This document shows, piece by piece, positions 53,350 to 62,059 of a stretch of DNA of 62,059 nucleotides. The notes under the pieces are model-generated. The model was given only the letters and a program-made list of their open reading frames with translations. It did no database searches and was not told where the DNA came from. The position numbers were made by a program, and so were the translations under genes. Each line of letters begins with the position of its first letter. The first letter of the stretch is position 1. The DNA is from Akkermansia sp. (GTDB taxonomy: Bacteria > Verrucomicrobiota > Verrucomicrobiia > Limisphaerales > SIBH01). Location of the stretch: positions 1 to 62,059 of the forward strand of contig JAYVNY010000111.1 in assembly GCA_043758205.1 (NCBI GenBank), written 5' to 3'.

Positions 53350-53889
53350 TTACTTCTTGGCAATCGCTTCGTCCACGGCCTTGGTCACTTCCGGCGCGTC
53401 CGGCTTGGTGCGCGGGTCAATGCGCTTGACGATCTTGCCGTCGCGACCGACGAGGAACTTGCCAAAGTTCCAGCCCACGTCGCCGGGAAACGGCGCTTCC
53501 GGTCCGGACAATTCCTTGTAGAGCGGATGCTGCTTCGGGCCCTTCACGTCGAGCTTGTCATACATCGGGAAGGTGACGGCGTATTTGCTCGTGCAGAATT
53601 CTTTGATCTGGTCGTTGCTGCCCGGCTCCTGGCCGCCGAACTGGTTGCACGGAAAACCCAGCACGACGAAACCCTTGTCCTTGTTCTTTTCGTAGAGCGA
53701 CTGGAGGCCGGCATACTGGGGCGTGTTGCCGCACTTCGAGGCGACGTTCACGATGAGGAGGACTTTGCCCTTATGTTCCTTGAGCGTGGTGTCCTTGCCG
53801 TTGATGTCCTTGAGCGGAATGTCGTAGAGCGATTGGGCGTTGAGCATGGTCGTGACGAGAAGGGTGGTGAGCAATGTGAGTGTTTTCAT
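53350..53889 (-). CDS. Glutathione peroxidase (Cys type), secreted
   Basis: The ATG at 53889 gives MKTLTLLTTLLV. Also seen: NVASKCG (Cys, not a TGA codon), LGFPCNQFG and WNFGKFLV. Confidence 0.9.
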   Translation of the reverse strand: MKTLTLLTTLLVTTMLNAQSLYDIPLKDINGKDTTLKEHKGKVLLIVNVASKCGNTPQYAGLQSLYEKNKDKGFVVLGFPCNQFGGQEPGSNDQIKEFCTSKYAVTFPMYDKLDVKGPKQHPLYKELSGPEAPFPGDVGWNFGKFLVGRDGKIVKRIDPRTKPDAPEVTKAVDEAIAKK

Positions 53890-54120
53890 TGGGGCGGAGT
53901 ATTTGGCGGGGCAGGGGAATGTCAATCGCGTGGTGGCCCCGGCGCGCGGACTTTCTCGTCCGCAGCGAGCCACGGACGCAGGAGAATTTGCGCAAGTTCT
54001 TGAACCGCCTCCTCAGCAGCTGGCTGCGGACTGGAAAGTGCGAGCGCCGTTTAATCTCCTTGGCAACGCCTCGCGCCACGGCAAACTCCCGCCCCGCATT
54101 CTGCGGAACTGTTTACAATC

Positions 54121-55404
54121 ATGAACACACTGCCAACGGTATTGATCAAACCCGGCGAAGCCGACCGCGTGCTCGCCGGACATCCCTGGATTTACGAAGC
54201 CGGCGTGCTGCGTGTCACCGCTCCCGCGGAAGACGGCGACATCGTGCAAGTCAAAGACCACCGCCAGCGCCTGCTCGGCGTGGGCTATTGGAATTCCAGA
54301 TCGCGCATCCGCGTGCGCGTGCTCGCGCCCGAGCGCGTGGACATCAATCAGGATTTCTTCGAGCAACGCATCCGCGAAGCACTGGCCGTCCGCACGAAGC
54401 ACATGTCCGGCGCGAGTTCTTTTCGCGTCGTTAACGCCGAGAGCGATTTCCTCAGCGGCCTCATCGTGGACAAATACGAGGACGTGCTGGCGCTGCAAAT
54501 TTCCTCGCTCGGCATGGACCGGCGCAAAGCCGAGATCGTGGCCGCGCTGGAAAAGATTTTTTCACCGCGCGCCATCATCGAACGCAGCGACGTGAACTCG
54601 CGCAAGTTCGAGGGTCTGGAAGAAACACGCGGCGTGATCGCCGGCGAATTCGGCGGCATGACGGTTGGCAGTGCTAGTGGGGCAGCCGTCCCGGCTGCCG
54701 ATAGTCCGGCGGGCGTCCCGCCGGCCGTTTCCCCGACTGAGATGACCGTGAAGTTGAACGGCCTCTCCTTCGCCACCGATCTCATCACCGGCCACAAGAC
54801 CGGACTCTACCTCGACCAGCAGATCAATTACGCGCGCGTCGCCAAGCTCTGCGCCGGGGCGAATGTGCTCGACTGCTTCACTTTCCTCGGCGGTTTCGCC
54901 CTGCACGCTGCGAAGGCCGGAGCGGTCCAGGTGCATGGCATTGATCAAAGCGCCGACGCCGTGGCCGCCGCGCAACGCAACGCCGCGACGAACGGCGTGG
55001 CCGACAAATGCACCTTCGACACCGCGAACGTCTTCGACTGGCTGAAGGCCGCGACCGCCGTGGCCCCACACGAGCGAGTCATCCCGCGCTACGACGTGAT
55101 TGTCCTCGACCCGCCGTCCTTCACCCGCACGCGCGCCGCGGTGGGCGACGCCATGCGCGGCTACAAGGAGATTCACCTGCGCGCGCTCAAGTTGCTCAAA
55201 CGCGGCGGCACGCTGGCCACCTTCTGCTGCTCGCACCATGTGGACGCCAACATGTTTCAGGATGTCATTCTCTCCGCCGCTTACGACGCGCGGAGAATCC
55301 TCCGCCGAGTGGCCACCTACCCACAGTCGCCGGACCATCCGGTCATCCCGTCCATTCCCGAGACGGAGTATTTGAAGGGGTATGCGTTCGAGTTGGTGCG
55401 GTAG
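54121..55404 (+). CDS. rlmI: Class I SAM-dependent rRNA methyltransferase, RlmI/YwbD-like (PUA, EEHEE and MTase domains)
   Basis: The N-terminal PUA-like part is LIKPGEADRVLAGHPWIY. Also seen: KTGLYLDQQ, LDCFTFLGGF and VLDPPSF. The product is 427 aa. Confidence 0.8.
   Translation: MNTLPTVLIKPGEADRVLAGHPWIYEAGVLRVTAPAEDGDIVQVKDHRQRLLGVGYWNSRSRIRVRVLAPERVDINQDFFEQRIREALAVRTKHMSGASSFRVVNAESDFLSGLIVDKYEDVLALQISSLGMDRRKAEIVAALEKIFSPRAIIERSDVNSRKFEGLEETRGVIAGEFGGMTVGSASGAAVPAADSPAGVPPAVSPTEMTVKLNGLSFATDLITGHKTGLYLDQQINYARVAKLCAGANVLDCFTFLGGFALHAAKAGAVQVHGIDQSADAVAAAQRNAATNGVADKCTFDTANVFDWLKAATAVAPHERVIPRYDVIVLDPPSFTRTRAAVGDAMRGYKEIHLRALKLLKRGGTLATFCCSHHVDANMFQDVILSAAYDARRILRRVATYPQSPDHPVIPSIPETEYLKGYAFELVR
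54673..54738 (+). repeat. Family C palindromic element copy lying in frame inside the rlmI-like CDS
   Basis: ctagtggggcagccgtcccggctgcc matches the reverse complement of 27588-27613 at 24 of 26 positions, and the downstream ggcgggcgtcccgccggcc is also related. The segment encodes ..SASGAAVPAADSPAGVPPAVSPTE.. Confidence 0.75.
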
Positions 55405-55555
55405 TTGAAGGCCATTCCTCAACCCAGGTTCTTGGGCGTAGTCACCAGCAAACCGCCGCGAGATCGCCGACCTCGTCGGTCAAATCCAGGCTGGGCAGGT
55501 CTGGCAAAGTGAACAACCGATCACGCACGGCTTCGGCGTCGCCGCTCCTGCTGCT

Positions 55556-56254
55556 CTAGCGAATCAGTTCCCTCGGCGGCGTACTGCCGCGATCCGGCGG
55601 CAGCACGGTGCCGAACTTCTTGGCCTGCGACATGACGCTTCCCGAAGTCACCGACCACAGCGGCGTGATCGGACAGCCCGCCGAGCGCAGCGCGCTGGCC
55701 GTCCAACTGTTGCAGGTCTTGGGGAAATAGTAGCTGCCGCTGGCGCGATAAAATTCGCTCTCGCCGTACAGTCCCGGCCCGAGCGGAATCGCCCGCCCGC
55801 TCGCGGTGTGCGCGTAGGCGCGATCCATGAAAGTGCAAAGCTGTGTGAATCCTTCCGGCGATAGTTCCACCCGCACCACCTGGCTCTCAGGAAATTCCCG
55901 TTCGGGTGGTCCGTTGAAACCAACCACATGCAGCACGCTGGGCGTGGGCCAGAACAGCGCCTTGACCGCGATCGTGGCGGTGATTTTTTCGCTGCGATAA
56001 AACCCGTCATCGCCCCAGCCCACTTCCACGGATTCAAACGCCCCGAAGTCGCGCTGCGCGGGCCACACGTTCGTGGGAATGTCCGCGCGTGAGACGATGA
56101 CGCCCGTGTGCCAGCCGTGGCTGACCACATGGATAATCTTGCGCGGTGCACCGGCGGCGGGCGGGAATAAACTTTTCTTTGGCCCGAGGCAGCCGGTGCA
56201 GAGCAGCGTCAGGGAGGCGAGTGAAACAAGTTGCCGGCAGTCGAGCATGGCCAT
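55556..56254 (-). CDS. DUF2459 (TIGR02117-like) lipoprotein
   Basis: The lipobox is LTLLCTGC. HVVSHGWHTGVIV and CNSWTASALRSAG are typical of this family as I remember it. Confidence 0.65.
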   Translation of the reverse strand: MAMLDCRQLVSLASLTLLCTGCLGPKKSLFPPAAGAPRKIIHVVSHGWHTGVIVSRADIPTNVWPAQRDFGAFESVEVGWGDDGFYRSEKITATIAVKALFWPTPSVLHVVGFNGPPEREFPESQVVRVELSPEGFTQLCTFMDRAYAHTASGRAIPLGPGLYGESEFYRASGSYYFPKTCNSWTASALRSAGCPITPLWSVTSGSVMSQAKKFGTVLPPDRGSTPPRELIR

Positions 56255-56362
56255 CGCATTGGGGCGCGGACCGTTGAGTCCGCGTGTTCATAATTGCTGC
56301 AAAATTGAAACCAAATGCCGCAGCACGATCGCGCGGACTCGGCGGTCCGCGCTCCTCCTGCG

Positions 56363-57895
56363 CTACGCCCCCGCCCGGAACTGCTCGGCCAGCGCGATGG
56401 CTTTCATCATCGCCTTGGCCTTGTTCACGGTTTCCTGGTACTCGGCCTCGGGCGTCGAGTCGTTCACCCAGCCACCGCCGGCTTGCACGTAGGCTTGGCC
56501 ATCCTTGAGCAACGCGGTGCGAATGGTGATGCAGCAGTCGAGATTGCCGTTGAATGAGAAGTAGCCGACGCAACCGCCGTATGGCCCGCGCGTCGTCTGC
56601 TCCAGTTCGGAAATGATCTGCATGGCGCGAACCTTCGGTGCGCCGCTCAAGGTTCCCGCCGGGAAGGTCGCACGCATCAAATCGTAGGGCGTCTTCTGCG
56701 CGGAGAGTTTGCCCTCGACCTGCGACACGATGTGCATGACGTGGCTGTAACGCTCCACGATCATCAGGTCGCGCACCTTCACGGAGCCGAAGTCACACAC
56801 GCGCCCGAGATCGTTGCGCGCAAGATCCACGAGCATGACGTGCTCCGCGCGTTCCTTCGGATCAGCGAGCAACTCGGCTTGCAACGCGTCGTCCTCAGCG
56901 GGCGTGGCACCACGGCGGCGCGTGCCAGCGATGGGTCGAATCTCGACTTCGCCATCCTCGCAACGGACGTGCAACTCGGGCGACGCGCCGGCCAGCGCCA
57001 GCCCGTCGAGTTCGAGCAGGAACATGTAGGGCGAGGGATTCACGGAACGTGCGGCGCGATACACATCCAGCGGTGTTGCTTTGGTCGGGGTAGAGAAACG
57101 CTGCGAGCCGACGACCTGGATGATGTCGCCTGCCACGATATATTCCTTCGCCTTCAACACGTTCGCGAAGTATTTCTCCTGCGCGACGTTCGAGGTGAAG
57201 GGCAGGTTCGGCGCGCTCGGCGGCACCGTCACCGGCGGCTCCTGCAACGGCTGTTCGAGCAGCGCGACCAGGCGGTCAATTTCCCCAATGGCATCTTCAT
57301 ACGCGTCCGCCGCGCTCCCGCCGTTCTCGATAATGGCGTTGACGAGAATGGTGACGGTCTGCGCGACGCGGTCGAAGATGAGCAACTCATCTGCGATGAG
57401 AAAATACATCGTCGGCGTGCCGAGTTCGTCGTGCGGCGGGCGCGGGACGATGGGTTCCACGTCGTGAATGAACTCGTAGCCGATGAAGCCAACGGCCCCG
57501 CCCGTGAAGCGCGGCAGCCCCGGCACGGTCACGGCTCGATACCGCTTCAGCACGCGCTCGACGACTTCGAGACCATCGCGCACCGACTGGCCGGCGGGCG
57601 CGTCGCCCGTGCGCGGCACGACCTCGAACTGTTCGATGACCTTGCCGTTCTCGATCAGTTCCACACGCGAGCCAGTCTGCTTGATGACCGCGCGCGGATT
57701 GCAGCCGACGAACGAGTAGCGCCCGATGTGCATCCCGCCCTCGACCGACTCGAAGAGGAACGACTCGCCCTGGCCGCGAATTTTTTTATACGCGGAGAGC
57801 GGCGTCTCGAAGTCCGCGAGCAGGCGGCGCGTGACCGGAATCAGGTTGCCCTGTTCCGCCAGTTTCAAAAAGTCGGCTTGTGACGGCGAATACAT
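56363..57895 (-). CDS. trpE: Anthranilate synthase component I
   Basis: Seen: LFESVEGG, the chorismate-binding GAPKVRAMQII and GGGWV. The product is 510 aa. Confidence 0.95.
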   Translation of the reverse strand: MYSPSQADFLKLAEQGNLIPVTRRLLADFETPLSAYKKIRGQGESFLFESVEGGMHIGRYSFVGCNPRAVIKQTGSRVELIENGKVIEQFEVVPRTGDAPAGQSVRDGLEVVERVLKRYRAVTVPGLPRFTGGAVGFIGYEFIHDVEPIVPRPPHDELGTPTMYFLIADELLIFDRVAQTVTILVNAIIENGGSAADAYEDAIGEIDRLVALLEQPLQEPPVTVPPSAPNLPFTSNVAQEKYFANVLKAKEYIVAGDIIQVVGSQRFSTPTKATPLDVYRAARSVNPSPYMFLLELDGLALAGASPELHVRCEDGEVEIRPIAGTRRRGATPAEDDALQAELLADPKERAEHVMLVDLARNDLGRVCDFGSVKVRDLMIVERYSHVMHIVSQVEGKLSAQKTPYDLMRATFPAGTLSGAPKVRAMQIISELEQTTRGPYGGCVGYFSFNGNLDCCITIRTALLKDGQAYVQAGGGWVNDSTPEAEYQETVNKAKAMMKAIALAEQFRAGA

Positions 57896-58029
57896 GTGTC
57901 GTGGTTTCGTGCGGACGAAACGGACGTGAAGTTAGAGCAGGGCGCGGTTGGGATGCCATTAGGAAAATTGGCGGGGCTTCAGTCCTGGCTGCACCTTGAC
58001 TCACTGCTCGATTCGCGCAGACTGCGCTC

Positions 58030-58236
58030 ATGCTACTCACAGCCGTTTTGCTTCCCGCTGAGGAGGGTGGTTTCACCGCTCTTAATCCAGAAACTGGCAC
58101 CACCACGCAGGGGGAGTCCGTGGCCGAAGCCATCAGCAATCTCCGCGAAGCCACGGAGCTTTATCTGGAGGAGTTTCCGCTGGAGCCGAAAGGCCAGGCG
58201 TTGCTGACGACTTTTGAAGTCGCGGGCCATGCCTAA
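58030..58236 (+). CDS. hicB: HicB-family antitoxin (short form)
   Basis: PAEEGGFTALNPETG..TQGESVAEAISNLREATELYLEE is typical of HicB/UPF0150. It overlaps hicA by 8 nt. Confidence 0.8.
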   Translation: MLLTAVLLPAEEGGFTALNPETGTTTQGESVAEAISNLREATELYLEEFPLEPKGQALLTTFEVAGHA

Positions 58237-58444
58237 GCTCCCGCACGTTTCAGGCGCGGAGACCGTGCGTGCCTTGCAACGCCTCGGCTTCGAGGTCAAA
58301 CGCCAGCGTGGAAGTCACATCGTCATGCGGCGCGGCGCAGCCGGGTGCGTGGTGCCGAATCATCGCGAGATCAAGACCGGCACCTTGAGCGGCGTGCTGC
58401 GGCAGGCCGGGGTCACGGCGGAGGAGTTGATCGCGGCGCTTTGA
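58229..58444 (+). CDS. hicA: HicA-family mRNA interferase toxin
   Basis: The ATG at 58229 gives MPKLPHVSGAETVRALQRLGFEVKRQRGSHIVM...IKTGTLSGVLRQAGV, the typical HicA dsRBD-like motif. Confidence 0.85.
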   Translation: MPKLPHVSGAETVRALQRLGFEVKRQRGSHIVMRRGAAGCVVPNHREIKTGTLSGVLRQAGVTAEELIAAL

Positions 58445-58592
58445 TCCGGTCGCGACGCAAGCGGGACTCTATTTCACTCCAAGGAGTTCCGTCATTGCGG
58501 CCGGATTAGTAATCGGCCAGTTCACGATCCAACACGGCCTTCTCCTCGGGCGACTGGCTGCTACTTAATGCAGCGTCCTCTTCCATACGGCT

Positions 58593-61500
58593 TCACTTCC
58601 CGCAGCACTGCTTGAACTTCTTCCCGCTGCCGCAAGGGCAGGGGTCGTTGCGCCCGACCTTGGGGCCGATGCGGATCGGCTGGGCCTTGGAGACGGCTTC
58701 GCTCGCCTCGCTGACTACGTCGGAGGCGTTGCCACCGGCGGCGGAGGCCGCGCCGCCCATCGTGTCCACGCTGCTGTGCTGTGTCTGCTTGGGCATGCTC
58801 TTCAGGAAATTCTCGAAGGCCATCATGCTCGACGCGCTGCGGAAGATGTTGTGGCAGACCTCGGTCTTGATGTTGACCATCAGCTCGTCGAAGAGGCTGA
58901 AGGCCTCCGCCTTGTACTCGAGCAACGGATCGCGCTGACCATAGGCGCGCAGGCCGATGGAGTTGCGCAGCGAGTCCATGTTGTAGAGATGCTCCTGCCA
59001 CAGTTTGTCAATCGCGCTCAGGATGGTGTAACGCTCGATGGACTTGAGCGCGTCGGGCTGCTCGAAACTGATCTTCAGCTCATAAGCCTTGCGCACCGCG
59101 TCGGCGATGTGCGTGCAGACGGCGAATTGCGCGGGCGTGAGTCCGTCGAAGGCGCTGCCGGCCACGGGCGAGTCCTGGCCGGCGTTCGCGACCCCGGTGA
59201 GCTGCTCCTCGGTGAAGCCGAGCGGGAAGTTCAAGTTCACCCAATCGGCGAGGCCGCGGATGTTCCATTCGCTCACGTCTTCGGCGGAGGTGAACTCGTC
59301 CACCTTGCTGATGACGACCTCCTCCATGATGTCCATGAGGCGGTCGCGCACGTCGTCGCCGTGGATGATTTCGTTGCGGAAGCCGTAGAGGACTTCGCGC
59401 TGCTTGTTCATCACGTCGTCGTATTCGAGCGTGCGTTTGCGGATCTGAAAGTTGTGCTGCTCGACGCGCTTCTGCGCCGTCTCGATGGAGCGGTTAAGGA
59501 GCGGGTGCTCGAGTTCCTGATTCTCTTCCAGGCCGACGCGCTCCATGACCTTCACGATGCGGTCGCTGCCGAAGAGGCGCATGATGTCGTCCTCCAGTGC
59601 GATGAAGAAATGCGATGAACCCGGATCGCCCTGGCGCGCGCAACGGCCGCGCAACTGGCGGTCAATGCGCCGCGCCTCGTGGCGTTCTGTCGCGAGCACA
59701 TGCAGGCCACCCACGTCGGCGACGCCCGGCCCGAGTTTGATGTCCGTGCCGCGGCCCGCCATGTTCGTGGCGATGGTGATGGAACCGCGCTGTCCCGCGC
59801 GTGACACAATCTCCGCTTCCTGCTCGTGATACTTCGCGTTGAGCACGGAGTGAATCAGCCCCTCGCGCTTCAGCATCTTCGAGAGCTGTTCGCTGACATC
59901 CACCGAGACGGTGCCGACGAGAATGGGCCGGCCCAGCGCGTGAATTTCCTTAATCTCACGGAGCACGGCGGTGAACTTCTCGCGCTTCGTTTTGTAAACG
60001 GTGTCGTGCTTGTCCTTGCGCGCGATGGGGCGGTTCGTCGGAATGACGAGCACGCCGAGTTTGTAGATGTCGAGGAACTCGCCGGCCTCCGTCTCCGCGG
60101 TGCCGGTCATGCCCGCGAGTTTCAGGTAGAGGCGGAAGTAATTCTGAATCGTGATCGTGGCGTAGGTCTGGGTCTCGCGTTCGATCTCCACGCCTTCCTT
60201 CGCTTCCACGGCCTGGTGCAAGCCGTCGCTCCAACGCCGACCCGTCATCAGACGGCCCGTGTTTTCGTCCACGATGAGGACTTTGTTTTCCTGCACCACG
60301 TATTGCACGTCCTTGAGGTAGAGCGCGTAAGCCTTGAGCAACTGCGCGATGGTGTGAATCTGCTGCGCCTTGACTTCGAACTCCTGCTGGATTTTCTGCT
60401 TCTTCTCCAGCCGCTGTTTGGGATCAAGGTCCGGCGCGATGTCGATCTCCGTGTAGGCCGACGCGACATCCGGGAGCATGAAGGCATCCGGGTCCTGCGG
60501 CGAAAGGAACGCGCGGCCCTTCTCGGTGAGGTCCGCGTCGTGGCTCTTTTCCTCGATGGCGAAAAAGAGTTCTTCCTTGTTCGCGTATAAATCTTTCTTC
60601 GACTGATCGGCGTGGAGCGAAAGCTCCGCCTTGTTCATCAGCTTGATGTTCTCCGACTCTTCGAGCACCCGCTTGAGATCGTCGGAGCGCGGATTGCCGA
60701 GCTTCACGCGGTAGAGCAGGAGGCCGATTTCGCGTTCGAGTTCTTCGGGATGCTCGGGTTTGCCGCCGCCAGCCGGGCGCAGCTTCTTAATCAAGTCCTC
60801 GGCTTCTTTGAGGAAGCGTGAGCAGAGCCGTTCCTGATTGCGGACGAGACCTTCGATCACCGGCTTGAACTTCACATACTGGTCGTTCTCGATGCCGACG
60901 ACCGCAGGACCACTGATGATGAGCGGCGTGCGCGCCTCATCAATGAGGATCGAGTCCACCTCGTCCACGATGGCGAAGTAATGGCCGCGCTGTACCTGCT
61001 CCTCGGCGCGCTGGGCCATGCCGTTGTCGCGCAGGTAATCGAAACCGAACTCCGCGTTCGTGCCGTAGGTGATGTCGCAGTTGTATTGCTCGCGTCGGAC
61101 GTGCGGCGGCTGGTCATGGAGAATGCAGCCGACGGTCAGTCCAAGAAACTTATAGACCGCGCCCATCCACTCGCCATCGCGCGCCGCGAGGTAATCATTC
61201 ACCGTCACGACATGCACGCCGCGCCCGGTGAGCGCGTTGAGATAAACCGGCAAAGTTGCCACAAGGGTCTTACCTTCGCCGGTCGCCATTTCCGCAATGC
61301 GTCCGCCGTGCAGCGCCATGCCGCCGATGAGTTGCACGTCGAAATGCACCATCTCCCACTTGAGCGGATGCCCACGCACGATGACCTCGGTGCCGCACAT
61401 CCGGCGCGCGGCGTTCTTCACCACGGCAAAGGCTTCGGGGAGAATCTCGTCAAGGCGGCGTTTGAGTTCCTCGTTGTCGGTGATTTTGGAAAGTTCTTCC

Positions 61501-61652
61501 TTCCACGCGGCGGTCTTCTGCCGCAGCACGTCGGCAGGCTGATTTTGCAAATCCGCCTCGTGCTGGTTGATGGCCGCGACGCGCATACGAAACCGTTTTA
61601 CCTCCCGGTCGTTCTTCGAGCCGATGAGTTTCTTGACGATGAATCCGATCAT
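58593..61652 (-). CDS. secA: Preprotein translocase ATPase SecA
   Basis: The 1019-aa product has MATGEGKTLVA (Walker A), the DEAD-like DEVDSILIDEARTPLIISG, and the C-terminal zinc motif CPCGSGKKFKQCCGK. Confidence 0.98.
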   Translation of the reverse strand: MIGFIVKKLIGSKNDREVKRFRMRVAAINQHEADLQNQPADVLRQKTAAWKEELSKITDNEELKRRLDEILPEAFAVVKNAARRMCGTEVIVRGHPLKWEMVHFDVQLIGGMALHGGRIAEMATGEGKTLVATLPVYLNALTGRGVHVVTVNDYLAARDGEWMGAVYKFLGLTVGCILHDQPPHVRREQYNCDITYGTNAEFGFDYLRDNGMAQRAEEQVQRGHYFAIVDEVDSILIDEARTPLIISGPAVVGIENDQYVKFKPVIEGLVRNQERLCSRFLKEAEDLIKKLRPAGGGKPEHPEELEREIGLLLYRVKLGNPRSDDLKRVLEESENIKLMNKAELSLHADQSKKDLYANKEELFFAIEEKSHDADLTEKGRAFLSPQDPDAFMLPDVASAYTEIDIAPDLDPKQRLEKKQKIQQEFEVKAQQIHTIAQLLKAYALYLKDVQYVVQENKVLIVDENTGRLMTGRRWSDGLHQAVEAKEGVEIERETQTYATITIQNYFRLYLKLAGMTGTAETEAGEFLDIYKLGVLVIPTNRPIARKDKHDTVYKTKREKFTAVLREIKEIHALGRPILVGTVSVDVSEQLSKMLKREGLIHSVLNAKYHEQEAEIVSRAGQRGSITIATNMAGRGTDIKLGPGVADVGGLHVLATERHEARRIDRQLRGRCARQGDPGSSHFFIALEDDIMRLFGSDRIVKVMERVGLEENQELEHPLLNRSIETAQKRVEQHNFQIRKRTLEYDDVMNKQREVLYGFRNEIIHGDDVRDRLMDIMEEVVISKVDEFTSAEDVSEWNIRGLADWVNLNFPLGFTEEQLTGVANAGQDSPVAGSAFDGLTPAQFAVCTHIADAVRKAYELKISFEQPDALKSIERYTILSAIDKLWQEHLYNMDSLRNSIGLRAYGQRDPLLEYKAEAFSLFDELMVNIKTEVCHNIFRSASSMMAFENFLKSMPKQTQHSSVDTMGGAASAAGGNASDVVSEASEAVSKAQPIRIGPKVGRNDPCPCGSGKKFKQCCGK

Positions 61653-61753
61653 TTTAGAAAAGTGGCGCGAAGCTACGGGAGGGGAAAAATGCCGTCAAAG
61701 ACTTTGGAGGAACTTGCTCTCCGCTGGGTGCCACTCAGCCCTGGCGTCAAGCA

Positions 61754-61780
61754 GGAGCGCGGGCTGATCGCCCGCGCTCC
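61754..61780 (-). terminator. 11-bp perfect GC-rich hairpin downstream of the partial gene (no U-run)
   Basis: The sequence is ggagcgcgggc tgatc gcccgcgctcc. It lies 30 nt after the stop at 61810 on the minus strand. Confidence 0.4.
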
Positions 61781-61809
61781 GGTGTGGATGTCGAGTTGGA
61801 CCCAACGCG

Positions 61810-62059
61810 CTATGGCGCGAGCGGCGTGACGACGCGGAAGTAGCGCTGGATGCCGGGCGGGGCGATGGCGCTGTCCACGGCGATGGTCCGCACCTGCGGG
61901 CTGGCGAGGATGCCAGTAAGACTTGTCCAGGTCGGCGCGGTCAGGTTGGTCCGCCATTGCACGGCGTAACTCAGATTGGTCTGCGCGACGAAGCTGAACA
62001 CGTTGGCGTTGGTCGCGGTGAGGACGATCTTCAGCAGGCTGGCGGCGTTGGTCGGGTTG
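61810..62059 (-). CDS. 3' end of a secreted protein gene running off the window (C-terminal beta-sandwich domain ending RYFRVVTPLAP)
   Basis: The open frame continues to the window edge, upstream of the listed Met at 62001. The domain pattern matches the C-terminus of the adhesin-like gene at 197-440. Confidence 0.6.
   Translation of the reverse strand, partial: NPTNAASLLKIVLTATNANVFSFVAQTNLSYAVQWRTNLTAPTWTSLTGILASPQVRTIAVDSAIAPPGIQRYFRVVTPLAP

Noticed and set aside
53350-53889. Selenocysteine in the glutathione peroxidase
   Set aside because: The active-site codon in NVASKCG is a Cys codon. There is no in-frame TGA and no SECIS-like hairpin is needed.
55405-55555. Short minus-strand reading frame (..AVRDRLFTLPDLPSLDLTDEVGDLAAVCW*) just downstream of the DUF2459 lipoprotein gene stop (minus strand)
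   Set aside because: It is at most 28 codons from a GTG, I recognise no family, and it could be a gene remnant. It cannot be supported from sequence alone.

Overview
This is a 62-kb, visibly high-GC, gene-dense chromosomal segment with about 55 protein genes on both strands. I recognised no rRNA, tRNA, CRISPR array, transposase, integrase or phage module. The gene content includes an HX9DG/DUF1559-type pseudopilin, PSCyt-type cytochrome c modules fused to an FGE-sulfatase domain, a tandem DUF1080 protein, an Asp-box propeller and a Tat-signal sugar isomerase. That mix points to the PVC superphylum, most likely a Verrucomicrobiota (Pedosphaera/Limisphaera-like) genome. This placement is inferred from family distributions and is not a search result. 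Housekeeping genes are frr, aroE, ltaE, cinA, sodC, tal, a chlorite-dismutase/HemQ-like gene, lepB, hisF, rsmD, leuA, a glutathione peroxidase, an rlmI-like gene, trpE and secA. Pilus/T2SS parts are pilD plus a pseudopilin near 9.6-11.6 kb and a pilT / pilT-pilU-like / pseudo-receiver operon near 48.4-51.4 kb. Accessory parts are two type II toxin-antitoxin pairs (ParE/RelE-like and HicBA), a WYL-domain regulator, three tandem CNNM/CorC-type paralogues, an MMPL exporter with a LolA-like partner, and a NosFY-like ABC pair followed by a His/Cys-rich TPR protein. Four things are not explained by an ordinary gene list. (1) At least five families of palindromic REP/MITE-like elements fill most intergenic gaps, and three copies appear to sit in frame inside conserved genes (rlmI-like, leuA, eamA-type). 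(2) Five of the six single-base homopolymer frameshifts I found fall in one large adhesin-like gene; the sixth is in the ABC ATPase. (3) A roughly 0.8-kb A/T-richer locus (40.7-41.9 kb) holds an unlisted 59-codon ORF, a long non-coding gap and a possible HARE-HTH-like orphan. (4) There are unusual fusions and operons (PSCyt-PSCyt-FGE with a coupled lipoprotein; pilT-pilT-pseudo-receiver). I found no clear complete new defence or secretion system, so the candidates below are leads, not demonstrations. All family calls come from reading motifs in the translations; no database search was run.
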